Shown: positions 1-6,284 of the stretch, piece by piece
How the letters are laid out: each line of letters opens with the position of its first letter
Numbering within the stretch: the first letter of the stretch is position 1
Origin: a virus
Lineage: Duplodnaviria > Heunggongvirae > Uroviricota > Caudoviricetes
Virus record (IMG/VR): IMGVR_UViG_3300028042_000001
Location: 1 to 28,943 of that record
DNA length: 28,943 nt
Strand: one strand, 5' to 3'
Notes under the pieces: model-generated
What the model was told of the DNA's origin: nothing
What the model saw: the letters and a program-made list of their open reading frames with translations, nothing else
The model's database searches: none
Program-made: the position numbers and the translations under genes

Positions 1-82
1 GACACTTTTATGGTTTGTTTATGAAAATATAGGCTCTATGTGGGATTAATACCATTTTATCAATAATAATAAATTCAATGAG

Positions 83-111
83 TTAGTATAACTTTCTCTA
101 GGGGTAAGTAT
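83..111 (+). repeat. Copy 1 of dispersed element, core CTTTCTCTAGGGGTAAGTAT
   Basis: 20-bp core at 92-111 is identical to 327-346 and to the reverse complement of 864-883; TTAGTATA precedes it, as in copy 2. Confidence 0.9.
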
Positions 112-304
112 GAATGTAGGAATGATATTAAAAGAAGCAGGATATTGTACAGGAATCGCTGATATTAATGATACAATTAGTGTGATATATGAGCCTACAG
201 TTAATTCTATGGTAGTTAAATACTTTTGGGTAAAGAAATATGATCATCTTCCTGTTACTGCTATTGTACAAACATCAGATATTGTGGCAATTTGGAAGAT
301 ATAA
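110..304 (+). CDS. Hypothetical protein, 64 aa
   Basis: ATG preceded by AGGGGT supplied by the repeat; no recognised motif. Confidence 0.55.
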   Translation: MNVGMILKEAGYCTGIADINDTISVIYEPTVNSMVVKYFWVKKYDHLPVTAIVQTSDIVAIWKI

Positions 305-311
305 TAATTAC

Positions 312-351
312 ATATACTTAGTATAGCTTTCTCTAGGGGTAAGTATAAACA
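312..351 (+). repeat. Copy 2 of dispersed element (direct)
   Basis: 38/40 match to the reverse complement of 859-898; internal TATACTTA...TAAGTATA inverted arms. Confidence 0.9.
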
Positions 352-386
352 GTTATTTGTATTCAATTTTTGTAAGGAGGGGCTAT

Positions 387-662
387 ATGTATTATTTATT
401 GTTTCATATTTTCATGGCATTATTAGTATTATTTATTTTTATTCAATTATTTTATAAAGCAAATAAGGATGCTCTCTGTAATATATCAAAAGAAGATCTG
501 AATTTTATATTATTTTGTAGTTTGTTTTATCCTATTGGGTTTATATATTTATTGGTACTATTCGGGTTTTTTATTTATATATTATTAATAAAAAAATTTT
601 TTGCTTATCGTAACGTATGGTATTTTCTCGCAAAAGATAGAAAATGGTTTTGGAAAATATAG
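387..662 (+). CDS. Small membrane protein, two hydrophobic segments
   Basis: AAGGAGG SD before ATG 387, preferred over TTG 357; two long hydrophobic stretches. Confidence 0.65.
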   Translation: MYYLLFHIFMALLVLFIFIQLFYKANKDALCNISKEDLNFILFCSLFYPIGFIYLLVLFGFFIYILLIKKFFAYRNVWYFLAKDRKWFWKI

Positions 663-676
663 TAATTATTATAATG

Positions 677-684
677 TATAAATA
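677..684 (+). promoter_or_regulatory. T4-type late promoter for the tRNAs
   Basis: TATAAATA, intergenic, 12 nt before tRNA-Gln. Confidence 0.6.
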
Positions 685-696
685 ATAACATAATAT

Positions 697-768
697 AGGG
701 ATATAGCACAGTGGGAGTGCGTGACGCTTTGAACGTCATAAGAGAAGGTTCGATTCCTTCTATCCCTG
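697..768 (+). tRNA. trnQ: tRNA-Gln (TTG)
   Basis: Cloverleaf by hand: AGGGATA/TATCCCT acceptor, GCAC/GTGC D stem, TGACG-CTTTGAA-CGTCA, GAAGG-TTCGATT-CCTTC; CCA not encoded. Confidence 0.93.
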
Positions 769-778
769 CACATTATAT

Positions 779-850
779 AGAGGCATGGTGTAATGGTAAC
801 ATACAAGTCTCCAAAACTTGCTGATGTGGGTTCGAGTCCTACTGTCTCTG
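779..850 (+). tRNA. trnW: tRNA-Trp (CCA)
   Basis: AGAGGCA/TGTCTCT acceptor, CAAGT-CTCCAAA-ACTTG anticodon arm, GTGGG-TTCGAGT-CCTAC T arm; CCA end not encoded. Confidence 0.93.
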
Positions 851-858
851 CATAAAAA

Positions 859-898
859 TGTTTATACTTACCCCTAGAGAAAGGGATACTAAGTATAT
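859..898 (-). repeat. Copy 3 of dispersed element (inverted)
   Basis: 859-883 is the exact reverse complement of 327-351 (25 bp); 886-898 matches 312-324. Confidence 0.9.
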
Positions 899-969
899 AA
901 TATCATTAGTATTCATTTTTTCCTTATTTTCCATGTTTCATCATCCAAATATCTCTGATTTCTGTTAAT

Positions 970-977
970 TATAAATA
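970..977 (+). promoter_or_regulatory. T4-type late promoter
   Basis: TATAAATA-ATAAT upstream of the AAGGAG RBS of 1012. Confidence 0.65.
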
Positions 978-1011
978 ATAATATAAAATCTCAACGGAAA
1001 GGAGAAAAACT

Positions 1012-1671
1012 ATGAAAAAATTTATATCATTATTATGTATTGGTATTATTAGTGTTGGAAGTTTGATGATGAGTGGGTGTTCTACTACTCCCCTATCACA
1101 AGGGCAAATTGACCTTCAGGAAAGCGCATACACAGCAAAGACATCATGTTATCAAAGGTTACAGATTCGTGATCAGCGATTAACTACAATGCTAGGTAGA
1201 GTTCCTAAAGATCAAATTGCTTTAGTATTAGTATTAACTCAAATGCAAGATAGCAATAAACAATTAATGGCTATTGCTACTGGAAATAGTTCTGATGAAT
1301 GTTCAACAGGAACTACAGCATTTGATGTTCAGATTGCAGAAGTAGAAAGTAAAAATGCTGTAGTAGGAAAAGCTGTTGGTGTTACTGGTGAGACAATTAA
1401 GATGGCTCTTGGTGTTTATGGTGCTGTAGAGATTGTTGGTTCAGTTGCTGATGCTTCTGGTATCAAAGTAATTGGTGATAGTAATAGCGTATCAACTGCA
1501 ACTGATAATGCACATATTGGTGGAAGTAGATTTAATACAGATAAATCAGGAACTGGTAATAGTGGAAGTAATATAGACAGTAATCTAACATCAGAAAAAG
1601 ATAGTCGTAATACAATAACTACTGAAGCAGATAATCGTAATACAAATATTAATCAAGAGGATAGTATATGA
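1012..1671 (+). CDS. Putative lipoprotein
   Basis: MKK + hydrophobic core + MSG|C lipobox-like site; Gly/Ala/Val-rich helix; Ser/Asn/Thr-rich tail; AAGGAG RBS. Confidence 0.75.
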   Translation: MKKFISLLCIGIISVGSLMMSGCSTTPLSQGQIDLQESAYTAKTSCYQRLQIRDQRLTTMLGRVPKDQIALVLVLTQMQDSNKQLMAIATGNSSDECSTGTTAFDVQIAEVESKNAVVGKAVGVTGETIKMALGVYGAVEIVGSVADASGIKVIGDSNSVSTATDNAHIGGSRFNTDKSGTGNSGSNIDSNLTSEKDSRNTITTEADNRNTNINQEDSI

Positions 1672-2042
1672 AATTTTTAACAAGTATATTTATTATATTA
1701 TGTGTAGGATTATGCGTTACAACAGCATACGCAGACACTATTGATATTAATATGGAGTGGGCATTTAATGGTGTATCTATTGATGGAATGACATTTAATG
1801 GGTTTAAATTAACAAGAACTAATCCTGCTGGTGTTGAAGAAGAGGTTCTTGTTATTAATGGTGCTGATGAACGTGTTTTTAATGGTGATATCGAAGTGGA
1901 TGAAGGTAGAAGCACATATAATCTTGTAGCAACTACTGTAGAAGGGCATGATTCACCAAAATCTGAAGGATATGTATTTGAATATATTAAACCAAATACA
2001 CCGGGTATTCCTGCTCCTACTGTTATTATTCGTTTTAATTAA
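1668..2042 (+). CDS. Secreted beta-rich (Ig/Fn3-like) protein
   Basis: Signal peptide ending AYA|D; ATGA overlap with the upstream gene; 'TYNLVATTVEGHDSPKSE' resembles Fn3 final strands. Confidence 0.65.
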   Translation: MKFLTSIFIILCVGLCVTTAYADTIDINMEWAFNGVSIDGMTFNGFKLTRTNPAGVEEEVLVINGADERVFNGDIEVDEGRSTYNLVATTVEGHDSPKSEGYVFEYIKPNTPGIPAPTVIIRFN

Positions 2043-2050
2043 ATAACATC

Positions 2051-2079
2051 TTGACATTATATGTTGTGTGTATTATCAT
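2051..2079 (+). promoter_or_regulatory. Sigma70-type (early) promoter
   Basis: TTGACA-17 bp-TATCAT. Confidence 0.75.
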
Positions 2080-2103
2080 ATATTTTTAATACACACAACA
2101 TAT
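2059..2103. repeat. Perfect 17-bp inverted repeat, 11-nt loop
   Basis: ATATGTTGTGTGTATTA (2059-2075) / TAATACACACAACATAT (2087-2103). Confidence 0.9.
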
Positions 2104-2114
2104 GGAGAAATATT

Positions 2115-2285
2115 ATGAAAAATAATACTAAATCAGGAACATTAACTCTTTCTCAAATTAAAGGAAGAATACCTACTCCTAAAAAGGGAGGAGCTATGAA
2201 ATCTAAAAAAGGGAAAGGATCTTATACACGTAGATCTAAACATAAAGGACAGTCATCTTATGGTGATTGTCCTTTATTTATTTGA
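2115..2285 (+). CDS. ArfA-like alternative ribosome-rescue peptide, 56 aa
   Basis: GGAG RBS at 2104; KSKKGKGSYTRRSKHK resembles the KKGKGSYxRxxKH motif of ArfA; N-terminal half divergent. Confidence 0.65.
   Translation: MKNNTKSGTLTLSQIKGRIPTPKKGGAMKSKKGKGSYTRRSKHKGQSSYGDCPLFI
2242..2283 (+). terminator. Terminator-like hairpin inside the ArfA-like ORF, possibly bidirectional
   Basis: ATAAAGGACAGTCATC-TTAT-GGTGATTGTCCTTTAT (two G-U pairs) followed by a T-rich run, before the TGA at 2283-2285. Confidence 0.75.
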
Positions 2286-2849
2286 TGGTTTGTTTGCTCT
2301 ATATTCGTTTATATAATCATTTAAATCCTGCATTACTTTTGTTCTACTAATGCATTGACTATCACAAGTCCATCTATCATCCCAATCTTCTGCTGTAATC
2401 CTCGCTAGTCCTGCATCTAATTTACAATCATACAGTCCTAGAAATATATGTTTGGTATTGATCTTTATTTGTGATCGCCATTTCTTCTTTGTCTTCTCCC
2501 AACTTACACCATTATACCCCGATTTATTATTAGAATGTATTTTACAATTTTGACCATTACATGATTTTGACACTTCTCTTAAATTAGATATTCTATTATC
2601 ATATCTAATACCATTCTTGTGATCAATAAAATTCTCAGGAAAATAACCATGGACATATAACCAAGCTAATCTATGAGCCTTATAGTTTATTCTATCAATC
2701 ATTATTATCGAGTATCCCTGTAACTTACTTCCAGCAACAGTACCGCTCTTTATATTACCGCTTCTACTAACCTTCCATATAAAGATACCAGTATCCTCAT
2801 CATATTCCAATAATTCTTTCAATCTCTCTTGTGATAATTCTTTATTCAT
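2274..2849 (-). CDS. HNH endonuclease with AP2-like domain (freestanding homing endonuclease type)
   Basis: 'LKELLEYDEDTG', 'AHRLAWLYVHG', 'IDHKNGIRYDNRISNLR', 'NKSGYNGVSW...WRSQI...LGLY'; start reassigned to ATG 2849 with AAGGA RBS. Confidence 0.92.
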   Translation of the reverse strand: MNKELSQERLKELLEYDEDTGIFIWKVSRSGNIKSGTVAGSKLQGYSIIMIDRINYKAHRLAWLYVHGYFPENFIDHKNGIRYDNRISNLREVSKSCNGQNCKIHSNNKSGYNGVSWEKTKKKWRSQIKINTKHIFLGLYDCKLDAGLARITAEDWDDRWTCDSQCISRTKVMQDLNDYINEYRANKPSNK

Positions 2850-2883
2850 TTCTTTTTCCTTTACTGTTATGATTAATATAAGT

Positions 2884-2912
2884 ATTATAACATAAATCAT
2901 AAAGTTTAACAA
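2884..2912 (-). promoter_or_regulatory. Sigma70-type promoter for the HNH gene
   Basis: Minus strand TTGTTA-17 bp-TATAAT with extended -10 TGn. Confidence 0.5.
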
Positions 2913-2920
2913 TATAAATA
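2913..2920 (+). promoter_or_regulatory. T4-type late promoter (leaderless)
   Basis: TATAAATA + 5 nt + ATG 2926. Confidence 0.65.
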
Positions 2921-2925
2921 ATAAT

Positions 2926-3147
2926 ATGAATAATAAAAAATACAACAATATCCCTACAAAAATTGATAAGCATAAAGATGGATCATATCTATATCCTGAT
3001 AGAAACTCATTTGAAGACGCATTAATAAAATATGCTGATAAACATGGATTAGACAGCAAACAATTGGTTAAAGATATTAAAAGCAAAGATAATATATCAT
3101 ATAAAAAATTCATGCAGAAAATGAATAATAAAAAAACAACAAAATAG
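2926..3147 (+). CDS. Small basic hypothetical protein
   Basis: Lys-rich ORF directly after a late promoter. Confidence 0.65.
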   Translation: MNNKKYNNIPTKIDKHKDGSYLYPDRNSFEDALIKYADKHGLDSKQLVKDIKSKDNISYKKFMQKMNNKKTTK

Positions 3148-3151
3148 TAAT

Positions 3152-3676
3152 ATGGATAATAGTAATATGGATAATAAAAAAACATATAAAGATCTCATCA
3201 AAGAAATTAATGGTAGTGCTAAAACATCTCGTAATTTCGTTGCCGCTGGATTTAAATTAGTTTCTTGGAAAAAAGGATCGTATAATTTTGATTTAGGTGG
3301 GGGTAGGTTCGAGAAGAGTACTGAATACCTTGCTAAGAAGGGTGTTACTAATCTTATATACGATCCTTATAATAGATCATCAAAACATAATAACATCACA
3401 TGGACAGCAGGAGATGAAGCAGAGACTACTACTATATTCAATGTTATTAATGTTATTCCATCTCAACAAGAAAGATTGGATTTAATTAAACAAGGAAAAA
3501 GGAAAAATACAAGAACTATTTATATAACTGCTTATGAGAAAGATGGAACAGGACATGGTTCTCAAACTCGTGATGGATGGCAGAATAATATGAAGCTTGT
3601 TGATTATCTCCCTGAAATACAATCAATTTATCCTAGTGCTTATATTAAAAAAAGAATGATTATAATAAATGTTTAG
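3152..3676 (+). CDS. Class I SAM-dependent methyltransferase-like protein
   Basis: Motif-I-like FDLGGG, then YDPYN and FNVINVI; start could be 3167. Confidence 0.7.
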   Translation: MDNSNMDNKKTYKDLIKEINGSAKTSRNFVAAGFKLVSWKKGSYNFDLGGGRFEKSTEYLAKKGVTNLIYDPYNRSSKHNNITWTAGDEAETTTIFNVINVIPSQQERLDLIKQGKRKNTRTIYITAYEKDGTGHGSQTRDGWQNNMKLVDYLPEIQSIYPSAYIKKRMIIINV

Positions 3677-3678
3677 TT

Positions 3679-3966
3679 TTATGGTTGTGATATAGATCCT
3701 CCACAATAACATACAGATTCATTTAAAATAAACTCTTCTTGACAATCATCACAAATGCCTGTAATTCCTTGTGCAAATGTAATACCGGGAAATTGCTTAC
3801 TTACTATATTGATAACACCAAACATATCATCATTACATTTCCCGGTACAAAACCAATCAGGAATAGCATCATCATGACCATCATAATAAACATCAGCTTG
3901 CCAAAATCCTTTTTCATGTAAAGATACTATAGCAATAATATCTAAAGAAATTTTATTAATGATCAT
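3679..3966 (-). CDS. Hypothetical protein with C-terminal Zn-ribbon-like Cys motif
   Basis: CDDC...CYCG; ATGA overlap with the upstream ORF. Confidence 0.65.
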   Translation of the reverse strand: MIINKISLDIIAIVSLHEKGFWQADVYYDGHDDAIPDWFCTGKCNDDMFGVINIVSKQFPGITFAQGITGICDDCQEEFILNESVCYCGGSISQP

Positions 3967-4184
3967 ATAATCCCTTTAAGCGAAATCATTTGTTGATCAA
4001 AAGACCACAAATCCCATCCAGTACCAAATAGGATTTCAAATGCTTCAACTCTATCTATACTTAATACATGTTTAGCAAGTGCTCTTCTGAAATTTGCTTC
4101 AGTTTCATTATCTTTTGGTTCTCTAAAACGATGTACTTCTGCTGTACTCTTCAAACTATTCATATCAGGGAAATTCATTGGCAT
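3963..4184 (-). CDS. Hypothetical protein
   Basis: GAGG RBS; coupled to the downstream ORF. Confidence 0.75.
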   Translation of the reverse strand: MPMNFPDMNSLKSTAEVHRFREPKDNETEANFRRALAKHVLSIDRVEAFEILFGTGWDLWSFDQQMISLKGII

Positions 4185-4216
4185 AATATAATCCTCTATT
4201 TTTTAATTAATATATT

Positions 4217-4342
4217 CTATATCACTAACAATAATATTACAATAACAATCCCTATAACAATACCAAACAAGATACTAACACATGTTAATATTATATCATG
4301 ATTATTAATAGAATTGTAGTATGATTTAATCTTTTGTATCAT
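4217..4342 (-). CDS. 41-aa single-pass membrane peptide (below ORF-track cutoff)
   Basis: MIQKIKSYYNSINNHDIILTCVSILFGIVIGIVIVILLLVI*, fills a gap in the minus-strand run. Confidence 0.45.
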   Translation of the reverse strand: MIQKIKSYYNSINNHDIILTCVSILFGIVIGIVIVILLLVI

Positions 4343-4374
4343 TATATGACCGTTATTATATTTAATGATAATGT

Positions 4375-4629
4375 TTATTTACATTTGATCGGTTGTGGTA
4401 TCTTAGTAAAACTGACTCTTTCGAACATTTGAGTTATACCTACACTTTGATATCCAGCAACCACAGCGAAGATATAACCATTTATACATGTTGTATTGAC
4501 TTTAACTGATGTTGTGGTTGTACGACCAATATAAACCATCTTTTCATTAGCTAGAGCATATGATTGAAATGTTAATACACACATAAATATTATAACACAA
4601 ATAATTAAATTCAATCGTAATATTTTCAT
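4375..4629 (-). CDS. Small secreted protein
   Basis: Signal peptide ending ALA; AAGGA RBS; two Cys in the mature part. Confidence 0.7.
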   Translation of the reverse strand: MKILRLNLIICVIIFMCVLTFQSYALANEKMVYIGRTTTTSVKVNTTCINGYIFAVVAGYQSVGITQMFERVSFTKIPQPIKCK

Positions 4630-4630
4630 T

Positions 4631-4857
4631 TTATTCCTTATTTATCATATCTTTAAAACATTTCACCCAATCATTAACACTCTGATGAGATAAAATATTA
4701 GAATACACACTAGTACTTTCTAATGAAGATAGCATTAAGTCAGTATCATAGTCATTAGAATAAAAAAAGAAATACCCATTAGCAGTATGTATAGACACAA
4801 TTAAACCAGTTTCTTTTTTTTTATATCACTACATATGTTGTTTTTTGTTACTCTCAT
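4631..4857 (-). pseudogene. Gene split by a frameshift at an A9 run (slippage, pseudogene or sequencing error)
   Basis: MRVTKNNICSDIKK stops after 18 codons; the -1 frame continues ETGLIVSIHTANGY...MINKE* to 4631, next to the 4629 start. Confidence 0.5.
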
Positions 4858-4864
4858 ATATACA

Positions 4865-4893
4865 TTAATACATCATATTTATTCGTTTGTCAA
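4865..4893 (-). promoter_or_regulatory. Sigma70-type promoter of the leftward cluster
   Basis: TTGACA-17 bp-TATTAA; -10 imperfect. Confidence 0.5.
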
Positions 4894-4907
4894 TAATTTT
4901 CTCGGTG

Positions 4908-4915
4908 TATAAATA
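4908..4915 (+). promoter_or_regulatory. T4-type late promoter (leaderless)
   Basis: TATAAATA + 5 nt + ATG 4921. Confidence 0.65.
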
Positions 4916-4920
4916 ATGGT

Positions 4921-5292
4921 ATGAAATATAAAAAATTTATACATATAATATCACAAACAATCATAGAAGATTCGAAGAAAGAAATACCTAAAGAAAAACG
5001 TACTACGAAGAATATTCCTAGATATGCCACAGGAAAGCCTAAAATGCCCTATCATGAATGGTTAGGAGTAAAGGGTAATGGTAGTAAGGGTTATGATGGA
5101 AAATACTATGGTTGGTCGCATAGGGCTATATATGGCTTTGGTGTTGGTGATAATGTTACTGGTGATTCTATGGCTCATAAAGATTATAAATGGGAAGATA
5201 GTGATAAAGGTATTAAACATAAATCATATATAATAAAGACAGATGATGATGCTAAGAAACATGCAATACGATTTATGAAAGCTGTTAGTTAG
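4921..5292 (+). CDS. Hypothetical protein, possible internal head protein
   Basis: 'GKYYGWSHRAIYGFGVGD' block; N-terminus MKYKKF...IIE. Confidence 0.75.
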   Translation: MKYKKFIHIISQTIIEDSKKEIPKEKRTTKNIPRYATGKPKMPYHEWLGVKGNGSKGYDGKYYGWSHRAIYGFGVGDNVTGDSMAHKDYKWEDSDKGIKHKSYIIKTDDDAKKHAIRFMKAVS

Positions 5293-5318
5293 TAATATAT
5301 TTTATTAACTTTAATATA

Positions 5319-5369
5319 ATAACAAAATTGTAATAAATTAAGAAGGAAATATAACAAAATTGTAATAAA
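5319..5369 (+). repeat. 19-bp intergenic direct repeat
   Basis: ATAACAAAATTGTAATAAA at 5319-5337 and 5351-5369. Confidence 0.85.
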
Positions 5370-5381
5370 AGGAGATTTACA

Positions 5382-5834
5382 ATGGCGAATGTTAAAGAAG
5401 GAAATAAAAAAGATCCTATATATGTCAATAACACAGATGATATCATTCTTGATAATCTTGTTGATGAAATGTTTGATGATGGAAACATTGATCCTGATGA
5501 AGATGATGGGAAACTGTATCTTACTGAATTAGAATTAGCATTAATTAATCTAAATACAGAGAAGCATAATATATATAAAAAGGATAAGGCTATTATTGAT
5601 ATGAAAAAACAAATAATATCAGTACAAAAAGCTCTTATTGATAGTAAAAAAGAAACATTAGAACGAGATGACATGATTATAGAATATAATGCAATACAGT
5701 TATCTAAAGATCATGAATCATTTAAAGAAATAAGTAAAAAATTCCTCATGGATATATCTATTAAGCATGATTTATTAAAAGATAAAACATGGGGGTATAA
5801 TCCTGATACTGGTGAAATTATTATTAACGAATAA
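5382..5834 (+). CDS. Hypothetical protein: acidic N-terminus, coiled coil
   Basis: AAGGAG RBS; ends WGYNPDTGEII. Confidence 0.8.
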   Translation: MANVKEGNKKDPIYVNNTDDIILDNLVDEMFDDGNIDPDEDDGKLYLTELELALINLNTEKHNIYKKDKAIIDMKKQIISVQKALIDSKKETLERDDMIIEYNAIQLSKDHESFKEISKKFLMDISIKHDLLKDKTWGYNPDTGEIIINE

Positions 5835-5854
5835 ATTGTTGATATTTGTTGTTA

Positions 5855-5862
5855 TATAAATA
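5855..5862 (+). promoter_or_regulatory. T4-type late promoter
   Basis: TATAAATA-ATAGT ahead of the structural cluster. Confidence 0.7.
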
Positions 5863-5890
5863 ATAGTATAATTAAAATAAAGGAAATAAT

Positions 5891-6283
5891 ATGGCAACTG
5901 GTGTAAAAGGTATAGATGGATATAATGGAGATATGTTTAAGCAATTTACTAGAGGAGATACACTTCCTTTTAAGTTTTCATTTGTAGATTCCTCTAATAA
6001 TAATACTCCTATAGATGTTACTGGATGGAAAATATATATTACTTTTTCTGATAAATTAAGTTGTGAAGCATCAACTAATAGTATAGAAGCTGTTATAGAA
6101 CCAACAATAAATCCTACTGATGGTATATTAGAAGGATATGTAGAAGATAGTATGACATTTTCTTTGATTGCAGGGACTGTATATGGGTCTGTTAGAGTTA
6201 TTAAAGATGATAATAGAACATATATATTAGATAAAGCAAAAATAAAACTCGGAGAATGTGTAACCGGAAGAAGAGATCAATAA
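5891..6283 (+). CDS. Virion structural protein, BppU-like/Ig-like adaptor
   Basis: 'FTRGDTLPFKFSF...PIDVTGW' pattern; late promoter; AAGGA RBS. Confidence 0.55.
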   Translation: MATGVKGIDGYNGDMFKQFTRGDTLPFKFSFVDSSNNNTPIDVTGWKIYITFSDKLSCEASTNSIEAVIEPTINPTDGILEGYVEDSMTFSLIAGTVYGSVRVIKDDNRTYILDKAKIKLGECVTGRRDQ

Positions 6284-6284
6284 T

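Noticed and set aside
697-850. Suppressor tRNAs or stop-codon recoding
   Set aside because: Anticodons are ordinary TTG and CCA; core genes are intact in the standard code and all three stops are used.
2061-2114. Longer start for the ArfA-like ORF
   Set aside because: ATG 2061 lies inside the promoter spacer; 2115 has a GGAG SD.
2850-3185. Hydrophobic N-terminal extension of the HNH ORF
   Set aside because: It is the antisense shadow of the Lys/Asn-rich gene 2926-3147; ATG 2849 has an RBS and promoter.
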